Source of the DNA: Bdellovibrionales bacterium
GTDB lineage: Bacteria; Bdellovibrionota; Bdellovibrionia; Bdellovibrionales; UBA1609
NCBI GenBank assembly: GCA_965116175.1
Contig: OZ220490.1
Location: 129,643 to 193,642, forward strand
DNA: 64,000 nt
Reading direction: 5' to 3'
Part shown: piece after piece, positions 8,881-18,177 of the stretch
Position numbering within the stretch: the first letter of the stretch is position 1
How the letters are laid out: each line of letters opens with the position of its first letter
Notes under the pieces: model-generated
What the model saw: the letters and a program-made list of their open reading frames with translations, nothing else
Databases searched by the model: none
Told to the model about the DNA's origin: nothing
Made by a program: the position numbers and the translations under genes

Positions 8881-9339
8881 TTATCTTTTTCTTTCTTTCT
8901 TTAAAGCTCTTTCCATCTGTCTTTTAGCCTGTTGTTTTTTAAGAGATTGCCTTTTATCTCCTTTGGTTTTTCCTATTCCCAGGGCAATTTCCACTTTAGC
9001 CAGCCCTTTTGTGAAATAGATTTTAAGAGGAATGCAGGTCATCCGTTTTTGCTCCACCAACCCCCGTATTCTTTTAATTTCCTCTTGTTTTAAAAGAAGT
9101 TTACGGTTTCGCTCCGGTTTATGCCCTCCATAAAGGGCCTTTTTATAAGGGCTGATATGAGCTTTTTGCAGAAAAGCTTCTCCAGCAATAAAAGAGATAT
9201 AGGAATCTTTAAGCTGGCAGCGGCCTTCACGAAGAGATTTTACTTCACTGCCTAAAAGCACAAGGCCAGCAGAAAATTTTTCTTTAAGCTCATATAGAAA
9301 ATGAGCTTTTTTATTAATCACAACAACTTTAATAGACAT
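8881..9339 (-). CDS. smpB: SsrA-binding protein SmpB
   Basis: 152 aa. KKAHFLYELKEKFSAGLVLLGSEVKSLREG...RNRKLLLKQEEI...IPLKIYF..GLAKVEIALGIGK is a full-length SmpB signature. Confidence 0.95.
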   Translation of the reverse strand: MSIKVVVINKKAHFLYELKEKFSAGLVLLGSEVKSLREGRCQLKDSYISFIAGEAFLQKAHISPYKKALYGGHKPERNRKLLLKQEEIKRIRGLVEQKRMTCIPLKIYFTKGLAKVEIALGIGKTKGDKRQSLKKQQAKRQMERALKKERKR

Positions 9340-9400
9340 AGTTTTAAAAAAAGTTTGTCAAAGAGTTCAACAGTGTTCTCATAATATTTAAATCCACTAA

Positions 9401-9421
9401 GTTGTACTAATTCTGTTTGAA
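9401..9421 (-). promoter_or_regulatory. Recurrent motif copy oriented toward smpB
   Basis: The minus strand reads TTCAAACAGAATTAGTACAAC, about 60 nt upstream of the smpB start. Confidence 0.35.
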
Positions 9422-9638
9422 TTTTAAGGGATTGGACAGAAGTAAAACGAACTAAAAACTCAAACAGAATCAGTATCATTTTATATTTGAAAAGTGATGA
9501 AATCCTTAAATTCTGTTTTTTTGTATCAGGATTTTTGATGTTTTAAAAGGTTTTATGCAGAGGCAATATTGTAAATTTTACAAAATTAGGCAACATCTCA
9601 TACTTCTTTGGGATTTGATAAAGATGGGAGCTTGAACT

Positions 9639-9659
9639 TTCAAACAAAATCAGTATACA
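9639..9659 (+). promoter_or_regulatory. Recurrent motif copy / promoter candidate for 9672..10625
   Basis: TTGAAC-N16/18-TATACAAT with the motif TTCAAACAAAATCAGTATACA embedded. It ends 12 nt before the ATG. Confidence 0.4.
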
Positions 9660-9671
9660 ATCTGAAGGCCT

Positions 9672-10625
9672 ATGTTTTTGAATAAAATCAGTTATATCTT
9701 TTATTTATTTGCTTTTTGTCTTTTTATAGCAAGTTGTTCATCTACAAATAAGACAGGAGCTTCCCTCAGCCAAAATCAGATAGATCAAATGGATCAGGCG
9801 CTTTTACTTATGCAGGATAGGGAATTTTTAAAAGGAGCTGTGATCTATGATAAGTTGTATCAGTCTTTAAATGATGAGTCTTCTAAAGTTCTTATGCTTT
9901 TCAATGCCGGGGTGGCTTACAAAGAAGCTGGTCAATGTGAAAAAGCCCTTCTTCGTTATCGTAAATTATTGGACCTATCGCTAAAGCAGAAATCTTTTAA
10001 AGCCAGGGGGCTAATGGAGATCAGTTATGTGTATGAATGTTTGGGAAAAGCGGAATTGGCTTTTTTATCTTTAAAGGATGCAGAAAAACTTCTTTCCTCT
10101 TTGCCTTGGGTTTTAAGTCAGATTGTTTATCCCGCAAGACTGGCTATTGCTCATGCACGCTTGGGACAAGTGCCTAAGGCTGAACACTATAGGTCCCTTT
10201 CCTTAACAAGAGTTCTTCAGTCAAAAAAAGCTTTTTCCTCAGAGAAGGAGCTTAATGAACGGGTCAGTCGTATGTTTTATCTGATGGGAAAATCCTATGT
10301 AAAAAAAGAGCACATTAAATCTTCAGCTTTTCTTAAGGCTTTTTCCTACTATCAGCTTTATCTTTTGCAATCTTTGTTTTTAAAAGATAAAACATGGTCA
10401 AAGCTGGCTGAACAGGAATTGAATCATTTATTTGAAAAATTGCTTTTTACTCTTTCGAATTCAAAGGATAGACTACAGCATAAAAAGCTCATCACTCAGG
10501 CCATAGAGGAGGCGAATGCTTTAATTGCAGAAGAGAAATCCAGGAGCTGGAGGAGATTTTACGCTAAAAAATCTGCTTCTGTTTTAAAACTTTTATCAAA
10601 GTCAAATGAACAAATGAACAAATAA
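9672..10625 (+). CDS. TPR-like lipoprotein
   Basis: Signal peptide with lipobox (LFIASC). Helical repeat content with TPR-like A/Y/L spacing. Confidence 0.7.
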   Translation: MFLNKISYIFYLFAFCLFIASCSSTNKTGASLSQNQIDQMDQALLLMQDREFLKGAVIYDKLYQSLNDESSKVLMLFNAGVAYKEAGQCEKALLRYRKLLDLSLKQKSFKARGLMEISYVYECLGKAELAFLSLKDAEKLLSSLPWVLSQIVYPARLAIAHARLGQVPKAEHYRSLSLTRVLQSKKAFSSEKELNERVSRMFYLMGKSYVKKEHIKSSAFLKAFSYYQLYLLQSLFLKDKTWSKLAEQELNHLFEKLLFTLSNSKDRLQHKKLITQAIEEANALIAEEKSRSWRRFYAKKSASVLKLLSKSNEQMNK

Positions 10626-10629
10626 ACAA

Positions 10630-11835
10630 ATGAACAGCTCATCCTTTCGCAGTTCTATTCACCAGAAAATTCTTAATAATCTCCAAGAGGTTGAGCATTG
10701 GTTTGCTGAAAAAACAAAAGGCAGAACTTCGCCATTTTATTCCAGTTTTGATATTAGGGATTCTAGTTTTAAAATAGCCTGTGTGGATGCCAATGTATTT
10801 CCAGCGGGATTTAATAATATTTGTGAAGAGGATCAGGAAAGAGCCAGTTCTCTTATTAAGGGTTATTTAACTGAAATTCATCCTTCAGCAGAGCAAATTC
10901 TTCTTTTGTCTGAAGAACATACCAGAAACTTTTATTATTGGGATAATGTGTTTGTTATTAAATCTCTTATTGAGAAGGCTGGTTATACTGTTACTGTTTG
11001 TGTGCCGGGAAGAAATATCAATGCCTCCCAAAAGATTGAAACAGCAAGCGGCAGGGAGATTTTTGTTCAGCTTTTGAATGAAGTGGATGGAGATCTCATT
11101 ATTAGCAATAATGATTTTTCTGTAAAATATGATTTGCCATCTGGTATAAACTGTAATCCTCCTTTTGAAATGGGTTGGTTTGTCCGAAAAAAACATAATT
11201 TTTTTGAAACATATAATTTATTGGCTGAAGAGTTTGCTTCTTTATTAAAAATAGATTCTTGGCATTTAACAGTGGAGACAGAACTCTTTTCCCCCTTTGA
11301 TGTGGAATCAAAAGAAAATGTGTTACAACTGAAGTCTCGTGCCGGTTTAATGTTGCAATCTTTAAAGAAACAACACAAAAATCCTTCAGAGGAGGAGCCG
11401 TATCTTTTTTTAAAAAATAATTCAGGGACTTATGGGTTGGGAATAATGAATATTTACAAAGCTGAGGATCTTGATCAGTTTGGATATAAATCCCGTAAAA
11501 AAATGAAAGCCACAAAAAGAGAAACAAAGGTTTCTGAAATTATCATTCAAGAAGGGATTCCAACGGCGCTCCACAGTCCCGATAAGCAAAGCGCTGAACC
11601 TGTTGTTTATATGATTGGCTGTCAGGTGGCAGGGGGGTTTTTAAGAACCCATAAGAAGAAAGATCATAAAACAAATTTAAACAGCCCAGGCGCTGTATTC
11701 CGCCGGCTGTGCATGAGTGACTTGGAAATTAAAATCCAGGGGCTTGTAATGGAAAATGTTTATAGCTGGCTTGCCAGATTGGGGGCTTTGGCTCTTTCTC
11801 AGGAAATGGAAAATAAATCTTTTAAACTGACTTAA
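10630..11835 (+). CDS. gshA: Glutamate-cysteine ligase, GshA (Pfam GshA/PF08886-type) family
   Basis: 401 aa. PFYSSFDIRDSSFKIACVDANVFPAGFNN matches this family as I recall it; not searched. Confidence 0.55.
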   Translation: MNSSSFRSSIHQKILNNLQEVEHWFAEKTKGRTSPFYSSFDIRDSSFKIACVDANVFPAGFNNICEEDQERASSLIKGYLTEIHPSAEQILLLSEEHTRNFYYWDNVFVIKSLIEKAGYTVTVCVPGRNINASQKIETASGREIFVQLLNEVDGDLIISNNDFSVKYDLPSGINCNPPFEMGWFVRKKHNFFETYNLLAEEFASLLKIDSWHLTVETELFSPFDVESKENVLQLKSRAGLMLQSLKKQHKNPSEEEPYLFLKNNSGTYGLGIMNIYKAEDLDQFGYKSRKKMKATKRETKVSEIIIQEGIPTALHSPDKQSAEPVVYMIGCQVAGGFLRTHKKKDHKTNLNSPGAVFRRLCMSDLEIKIQGLVMENVYSWLARLGALALSQEMENKSFKLT

Positions 11836-11841
11836 GGATTT

Positions 11842-12003
11842 TGGTTCATGACAACTGAAGCCTATTATAATAGGTGTTAAGTTACTGAAATGACTGGAAA
11901 GACAAGTATTGTCTCCATTAAAAAGTTTCTGGGGCTAAATTCAGGGAGATTGTTAAGTTGTTTCCAACGGATCTGACAGCTTAAAGAAGTATCATGAACT
12001 TTA
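11842..12003 (+). mobile_element. MITE-like internally deleted IS1595 derivative (about 160 bp)
   Basis: Starts GGTTCATGACAACTGAAG and ends CTTAAAGAAGTATCATGAACT, i.e. IS-type inverted ends. The interior aligns to the first 150 bp of the IS at 16247 (e.g. aagtatt..ggctaaatt..gttatttgcaggagatttaacagctt). Confidence 0.65.
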
Positions 12004-12046
12004 ATAAATAAGAGTTTTTGGAAATTTTGTAAAAGTAAAAAATGCG

Positions 12047-12970
12047 TTATGGACGCTCAACATTGGTGCTAATCCAACTGGGAGCTTTTTCTATTTCTTT
12101 AAATAATATCTGAGCTTTTTTTATTATTTGTTCTATTTTTTTCTGATGCGGTTCACATTGATCTAAACTCACTTTACAGTTATTTCCTATTTGTATTCTT
12201 TCATCTTCTAAAGGATAGGCTGCCTCTACAAAATTCAAGAAAGCCTGGCATTCCATTTGCTGCGCTTTATATACTAATTCTTTTTTGTCTTCCCAAGCAG
12301 AAAGAGCGGGTCTTTTTAAACAACGGATTGCCGCATCTTCTAGCTTTTGTAATATATCTATAGTATCAGCATGAAAAGCGCTATTTTCCATAATTTCTTG
12401 CAAAACTTTGCTATATACATCGAAATAAAGAGCAGGTAATTTAGCAAATACTCTATAACTAATCATACTTCTATATTCATGAAGGCTTAAAGTCTCTATA
12501 GGGCTGCCTTCAGGATAGGGAGATATGGCTTCAATTTGATCTGCGGCTTTTTCATAGTAAGCAATAGATTTATAGGTAATTTCCAAATTAGTGCTTTGAT
12601 TGATGTCAAAAGTTTGATTATTATCATAATATTGTCCTAATATTGCAGTAGCAACTGCATGTCCTTCTTCAGAAGCAATCCGCATGTGGTTTAACCCTTC
12701 ATTATATCTGCCTATACATATAGCAGTAATTCCTAATGCATATCTAAGCGCAGGTTTTAAGTTATTTTTTTGTAATGCCAGTACTGTGTTATAATTTTCT
12801 AAGGTATGTGTATCTGAACACTGAATTGTATTTACTATTCCATAGCTGTTTAAAGAAAGAAGAAAGCTTAAAATTAAAATTCCGACTGTTGCTATTTTCT
12901 TTATTATCATCCCTCTTTCTGAATAGAAATGAGAACAGCTTTGTTTTCTTAAATCTTTTTCTTTTTCCAT
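12047..12970 (-). CDS. Secreted helical-repeat (Sel1-like?) protein; distant paralog of the 41.7-45.7 kb trio
   Basis: Likely start M21 at 12910 (MIIKKIATVGILILSFLLSLNSYG). Shares architecture and a Cys-containing C-terminal region with the three tandem paralogs. Confidence 0.6.
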   Translation of the reverse strand: MEKEKDLRKQSCSHFYSERGMIIKKIATVGILILSFLLSLNSYGIVNTIQCSDTHTLENYNTVLALQKNNLKPALRYALGITAICIGRYNEGLNHMRIASEEGHAVATAILGQYYDNNQTFDINQSTNLEITYKSIAYYEKAADQIEAISPYPEGSPIETLSLHEYRSMISYRVFAKLPALYFDVYSKVLQEIMENSAFHADTIDILQKLEDAAIRCLKRPALSAWEDKKELVYKAQQMECQAFLNFVEAAYPLEDERIQIGNNCKVSLDQCEPHQKKIEQIIKKAQILFKEIEKAPSWISTNVERP

Positions 12971-12994
12971 TTTTATTCTCCCCCTTATTTTTAA

Positions 12995-13027
12995 TTCATG
13001 GTGACTTAAGAGATTTATTTCTAATAA
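12995..13027 (+). repeat. Solo IS1595-like terminal sequence
   Basis: ttcatggtgacttaagagatttatttctaataa is near-identical to 2623..2656. Confidence 0.35.
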
Positions 13028-13182
13028 TTTTTAACAACAATATACACAAGTCACTATTTCTACTGCATCCACTGAAGATACTACTGTTTTTAGCTCTTTC
13101 CAAAGCTTTTTTTTGTGAACAAGGAGATACTCTAGGCCATTTAAGTGGGAATAAGTTTCAGCTATTTTCATAAGCTCATCCT

Positions 13183-14151
13183 TTAATAAAAATCTAATTC
13201 AGCCTCTTTAAATAAACTTGTTTGGTCAAGCTGATTATCATTTTTACGACTTACACTTTCGGCCCATTTTTTTGGATCTTTTGGATCATAAACAGGAGTG
13301 TTCATTGGGCGAGTTTTTAAAGCTCCTTTTTCAAGTTGTTCAATTCTATCACAGGTAATTTTGATATATTTTTTATTTATTTCAGTGCCTGCTCCTTTTC
13401 TTCCATGTCTGATAGCAGAGATAATGCTAGTGCCTGAGCCTAAGAAGGGATCCAAAACCCAATCCTTTTTATTTTTCATGGAAAGAACAAGACGATCTAT
13501 AAGCTCAACAGGAAATTGACAAGGATGATTTGTTTTTTCTACATGATTGTTTTTTACATTAGGTATTGCCCATAAGTCCCCTGGATTTTTTCCTAAAGGA
13601 TTGCAGGAGTATTGACCAGCCTTTGGGCCTTTAAAATATTTTTTCCCTGGGTATTTTTGAGGAACTCTAACAGGATCTAAATTAAATATATAATCATCCG
13701 ATTTTGTGAACCAAACAATAGTTTCATATTGTCCTGAAAATCTTTTTGTGCAATGAAGACCATGTTCAAAGTGCCATATAATTCTATTTCTCATTTTTAA
13801 ATTAAGAGAAGTGAATACAGGAGTTAAAGCTGTATCCAGTGGTATAATAGAGCTATTATTTACATAATTTTCTACCTGCCAGCATAAACTCCCTTTTTTA
13901 GATAAAACACGAACACACTCTTTAATAACTTTAGTTTGTTGTTTAATATAAGTATCTAATTTGAGTTTATTCTCATATTCTTTTCCGATGTTATAAGGAG
14001 GTGAAGTCACTATAAGTTGTATGGACTCATTAGGTATCTGCTTAAGAAGGTTTAAACAATCCCCAGGATAAACTACTACCTTGAAGTTTTTACGAAATGT
14101 AGAATGAATATTCAGACTTTTAAATTTCTTTTGTATGTTAGGGGTTAACAC
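13183..14151 (-). CDS. Beta-class N4/N6 DNA methyltransferase (SPPY type), apparently orphan
   Basis: Motif IV IVTSPPYNIG lies N-terminal to motif I LDPFLGSGTS. No nuclease partner is adjacent. Confidence 0.85.
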   Translation of the reverse strand: MLTPNIQKKFKSLNIHSTFRKNFKVVVYPGDCLNLLKQIPNESIQLIVTSPPYNIGKEYENKLKLDTYIKQQTKVIKECVRVLSKKGSLCWQVENYVNNSSIIPLDTALTPVFTSLNLKMRNRIIWHFEHGLHCTKRFSGQYETIVWFTKSDDYIFNLDPVRVPQKYPGKKYFKGPKAGQYSCNPLGKNPGDLWAIPNVKNNHVEKTNHPCQFPVELIDRLVLSMKNKKDWVLDPFLGSGTSIISAIRHGRKGAGTEINKKYIKITCDRIEQLEKGALKTRPMNTPVYDPKDPKKWAESVSRKNDNQLDQTSLFKEAELDFY

Positions 14152-14400
14152 TCTAAATACCTGCCATATTTCTGAAGATGTTTGTTTCCATTTATGTTTA
14201 TCTTATTTTGTAATGCTTAAACAAGTAAAAAAATCTTATGAAATATTTGTATATCCTTATAAAAATAGCCTTCAATAGTGTATAAGCAAAAAACATTCCA
14301 GAATCTAAAAAATCCACATTTTTCAGAAAAAATGTATCAAAATCTTCCTTAATAAACATAGCTCAAAGCATTAAAAAATTTTCCTTCAAAGTTGTTAAAT

Positions 14401-14621
14401 TTCTCACCAACCAAAGAAGCCCCTGACCAAGTTAAAAACTCATGTAGATTTTTATGTAGCCCCATGTAGCCAAAGATTGAAATATTAGAAAATACTCAGG
14501 TATAAACGCAGTGAAATGGCAGTTGCTTGATTAACCAGGGGGTTTGAAATATCCCAACATTTCCTGAAATGTCCTGAAACGGATAAACACAGAATCAAAA
14601 AACACAGTAAAATCAAATGGT
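14401..14621 (+). repeat. att-arm repeat copy A plus degenerate tRNA-end core
   Basis: About 185 bp is homologous to 15889.. and 25993.., including 3 ATGTAG sites. Ends AAATCAAATGGT, keeping only 4 nt of the tRNA-Pro 3' end. Confidence 0.7.
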
Positions 14622-14721
14622 GTTTGCGATTGATTTAGAAAATATCAACTTAAATCTTCATTATATTTTTTAAGCTTTGTTTCAATTTGATCTATTTTTT
14701 CTTTGGAAAATTTATTTATCC

Positions 14722-15765
14722 TTATTTTTCATTTTTTTTCTTTAAATGTTGTTCCAGTTTTTTAGCTTCTTTATCAAAATCAGATTCAAATAGCCGGTCT
14801 TGAATGATACGATATTTTTCAAATTCACTTTCAGCAAAATCTTTGGCAATAGCATTGCTGATTGTTCCTGCATTGTCTAAGATTTCCCGTTCATCAAATT
14901 TTAGAAATTGATCTAATCGCTTTGCCCAGTCCTCCATAGTCATGGGGATTTTTCGTTTTGCTCTATCTTCTGCAAGATCAAGGTAAGCGCTTACAATTCT
15001 TCCCAGTGATTCTAACTCTTCCGGTGTTAAGTAGTTTTTTGCGACTAGTATATCTGTCTTTAATATTTTCCCTTTTGGACTGTTTTCCCAACTGGTAAGT
15101 CCCATATTTTTTTTACTACTATCTGCTCTTTCCTTTATAAGTTCTGCTGCTGTCTGGCCGTGAACAGCATAATGAAGTTTATTTTGTGCTTTTGCAAAAA
15201 AATCGCGAGTTGTTGGAGCATCTTTATTATAATCTACACTTGTCGCATAAATATCAGTGATTTTTTGATAGAAGCGTCTTTCACTCAATCGGATTTCCCG
15301 AACTTCGGCAAGTAAATGCTCAAAATAGTCTTCTCCAAGAAAAGAGCCGTTTTCCAGCCTTTTCTTGTCCAAGATATATCCTTTAATGGAAAACTCTCTT
15401 AAAACATGAGTTGCCCACTGGCGAAATTGTGTAGCTCGCTTTGAATTCACTCTATAACCAACAGAAATAATAGCATCTAAGTTATAAAATAAGGTGTTGT
15501 ATTTTTTGCCATCTGGGGCAGTATGTGCAAAATTTGCACATACTGAATCTTTATCTAATTCCTTTTCATTAAATATATTTTGTAAGTGCTTTGTGATAAC
15601 AGAACGATCTACAGAAAACAGCTCAGCTATGAGTTTTTGTGTGAGCCAGATAGTGTTATCTTCATAGCGTACCTCGATCTGATTTTTACCTTCCTGAATG
15701 GTGAAAATTAAAAACTCTGCTGTGCTGTTTCTAATAATCAACTTTTTAGAATTTTTCTTTTTCAT
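14722..15765 (-). CDS. rhuM: RhuM-family protein
   Basis: 347 aa. IRNSTAEFLIFT...IWLTQKLIAELFSVDRSVITKHL...ISVGYRVNSKRATQFRQWAT is typical of the RhuM virulence family. Confidence 0.8.
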   Translation of the reverse strand: MKKKNSKKLIIRNSTAEFLIFTIQEGKNQIEVRYEDNTIWLTQKLIAELFSVDRSVITKHLQNIFNEKELDKDSVCANFAHTAPDGKKYNTLFYNLDAIISVGYRVNSKRATQFRQWATHVLREFSIKGYILDKKRLENGSFLGEDYFEHLLAEVREIRLSERRFYQKITDIYATSVDYNKDAPTTRDFFAKAQNKLHYAVHGQTAAELIKERADSSKKNMGLTSWENSPKGKILKTDILVAKNYLTPEELESLGRIVSAYLDLAEDRAKRKIPMTMEDWAKRLDQFLKFDEREILDNAGTISNAIAKDFAESEFEKYRIIQDRLFESDFDKEAKKLEQHLKKKNEK

Positions 15766-15888
15766 TCCATAACTTTAGTCTGATTTAATAAGGACTTAAT
15801 TATTTAGATATTTAAAGCTAATTTAAACTTGATTTCAATTAAAAAGCGTTAATTTTTTGTTATAGAAACTTCTAATTTTTCAATAATC

Positions 15889-16158
15889 TTTCATCCACCA
15901 GAGAAGCCTCTGACCAAGCTAAAAATTCATGTAGATTTTTATGTAGCCCCATGTAGCTAAAGATTGAAATATTAGAAAATACTCAGATATAAACACAGTG
16001 AAATGCAAATTGCCTGATTAGCCAGGGGGTTTGAAATATCCCGACATTTCCTGAAATGTCCTGAAACGGATAAACACAGAATAGACCGGACCCTTTTGGG
16101 ATAGAAAAAGTGTAAAGTATGTCTCCAGAATAGACCATAGACCGAAATCAATGGTCGG
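15889..16158 (+). repeat. att-arm repeat copy B plus degenerate tRNA-end core
   Basis: Homologous to copies A and C. Ends GAAATCAATGGTCGG, keeping 7 nt of the tRNA-Pro 3' end. Confidence 0.7.
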
Positions 16159-16244
16159 GGAGATTATTTCTCCTTTAAACCATTGAAAACACAAAACTTT
16201 TAAATCCCATGTAGCTCTATGTAGCCACTTACCTTTTATTTTTA

Positions 16245-16997
16245 ATGGTTCATGATACTTTAAGTTGCCTTAAAAATTGGTTAACCTATTGTATTTACAT
16301 GAAAAATAAGTATTTTATTCGTTCAAGGATTTCGGAGGCTAAATTTAGAGAAATTATCAAGTTATTTGCAGGAGATTTAACAGCTTGTCAGATAGCTTTA
16401 TTTTCTGGTGTCAGCAGAATATGTGTGAATAGAATTTTAAAACAAGTGAGAATAAGGATCACTGAATTTTGTGAACAGGAAAGTATTTTTGAAGAGGGAG
16501 AAGTGGAAATGGATGAGAGTTATTTTGGAGCTCGTCGTATTCGTGGAAGAAGAGGAAGAGGGTCTTATGGAAAAACCATTGTATTTGGACTCAAGCAAAG
16601 AAAAGGTAAAGTTTATACTCAAGTTATTAGGAATTGCTCTAAAAAAGTCATTATTCCCCTTATAAATCAAAGAATATCTAAGTCTGCTATTGTTTATACA
16701 GATGGATTTAAGACTTATGATGGTTTAGTAGATTTAGGTTATAAAAAGCATTATAGAGTTCATCATGGAAACAATGAATTTGCTAAAAAGGAAAAAAAGA
16801 AGATTAGAAATCATATCAACGGAATTGAAAATTTCTGGGGTTTAGCTAAAGTTAGATTATCAAAGTTTAGAGGAATGGATAAAAAAACTTTTTACTTGCA
16901 TCTTAAAGAATGTGAGTTTAGATTTAATCACAGAAAAGAAAACTTATATAAATTGATATTAAAATTAGTAAAAAATAATCCTCTTAAAGTATCATGA
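16245..16997 (+). CDS. IS1595-family DDE transposase
   Basis: VEMDESYFG...GKTIVFGL...VYTDGFKTYDGL...HINGIENFW is an ISXO2/IS1595-type DDE domain. Probable start is M19 at 16299. Confidence 0.9.
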   Translation: MVHDTLSCLKNWLTYCIYMKNKYFIRSRISEAKFREIIKLFAGDLTACQIALFSGVSRICVNRILKQVRIRITEFCEQESIFEEGEVEMDESYFGARRIRGRRGRGSYGKTIVFGLKQRKGKVYTQVIRNCSKKVIIPLINQRISKSAIVYTDGFKTYDGLVDLGYKKHYRVHHGNNEFAKKEKKKIRNHINGIENFWGLAKVRLSKFRGMDKKTFYLHLKECEFRFNHRKENLYKLILKLVKNNPLKVS

Positions 16998-17000
16998 ACC
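16247..17000 (+). mobile_element. IS1595-family insertion sequence, intact
   Basis: Perfect 18-bp terminal inverted repeats (GGTTCATGATACTTTAAG / CTTAAAGTATCATGAACC). Flanked by an 8-bp direct duplication TTTTTAAT (16239-16246 and 17001-17008). Confidence 0.9.
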
Positions 17001-18174
17001 TTTTTAATAAAGGGAATAACCACATTGTTGGAATGAGCCTGAAAATGCAAACCATAACTAAGTTTGTTCGTGCTTCCTTTTACTCCAACACCTGCCAAGC
17101 GATTATAAACATCTGTCGTGGCTATTTTCCTATGTCCCACAATGGACATTACAACATTTAAAGCCACACCTTTGGACAACATATTGGTAATAAAGGTCCT
17201 CTCAAATCATGGAATTTCACTTCAGGGATATAACTCCCTTTACAAAAATCCCTTAAAATTTCTGATTGCATTCCCGCTCTCCACTCTCTTAATCTTGGAA
17301 GAAGTAAATTGTCCCATACAAAAAACACCTTCTCTTGTTTAGCCTCATTCTTCCACTTCCAAAGTGTTTCCCTATGATCGCCTTTAGCCATAAGCCACTT
17401 TAAAAGAGATTTTAATTCATCGGCTATAGGAATAACACGGCTGAGACTTGTCTTTGTTTCGTGAAGTCCGTCTCTCGAGGTGAATTGTCTTTTGATATGG
17501 ATAATCCCTGCGGACATATCCACATCAGACACCCTAAGAGCGTATATCTCGCCGTTTCTCATCCCTGTAAATAAGGCTACAGCCCAATGAGAATAAAACC
17601 TGTGATCGCAGATTTTCCCTTCACTTAGAAGTTTATCTGCCTCCTCAGAAGTTAAAACCTTTTGTTTTGGAGCGGGTATTGTAACTTTAATACCCCTTGC
17701 CGGATTTCTGTTAATTGCGCCCTCTTCAACCGCCATCTCAAAAACTCTTCTCAAAGCTTTATGAAGATTCTTTTTTTGATAAGGGGTGGCAGAAAACATA
17801 TTCTCAAAAATGAGTTTATGTATATCAGCTCTTGTAAAAGTTTGTAACTCTTCCTCATTCCAAACTCTTGGAGTCCATTTGCCGAGAATTTTCTCGTAAT
17901 TAAGGACTGTAGAATATTTTAAGGAAAACTGCATTCTCCTTAAACATTCCTCCAGCCAGTTCTTCCATTTCCATATAGGCTGACCTTCTTTTTGAGCAAT
18001 AAGCTCTCGCTTTAACTCAAATTCAACCTTTTTGGCCGCTGGAATAGAAGAGATAAAGTTTCCTTGAAAATCCTTTCTTCTTCTCGTTTGTAATCTCTTA
18101 CCTCTGGCTTTAATACCGACATATACCTCATACAATTTTTTACCTTCTTTTGATTTATAAGTTGTTATTGACAT
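17001..18174 (-). pseudogene. int: Tyrosine recombinase/integrase, disrupted by a frameshift and by IS insertion in its last codons
   Basis: Likely start is ATG at 18174, after GGAGG. HDLR (HxxR) at about 17200 is followed by a 1-nt frame break. The C-terminal LSKGVALNVVMSIVGHRKIATTDVYNRL (catalytic Tyr) continues in ORF 16928..17182. Removing the IS restores ...PFIKNKR-stop. Confidence 0.85.
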
Positions 18175-18177
18175 AAT

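Noticed and set aside
9340-9671. Looked for ssrA (tmRNA) next to smpB
   Set aside because: No tRNA-like acceptor/T-arm ending in CCA and no GGGGCTGA-type 5' end. The region is AT-rich and holds only copies of the recurrent intergenic motif.
10885-11527. Three overlapping antisense ORFs (103-141 aa) opposite the gshA-like gene
   Set aside because: AT-rich antisense frames with no RBS or family resemblance. The sense ORF is full length and family-like.
12775-13173. 132-aa ORF overlapping the start of 12047..12970 and the upstream spacer
   Set aside because: It is a poly-Leu/Phe translation of AT-rich DNA, antisense to a supported gene over half its length.
16928-17182. 84-aa ORF listed as a separate gene
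   Set aside because: It is the frameshifted C-terminal part of the integrase (GHRKIATTDVYNRL) running into the IS end, not an independent gene.
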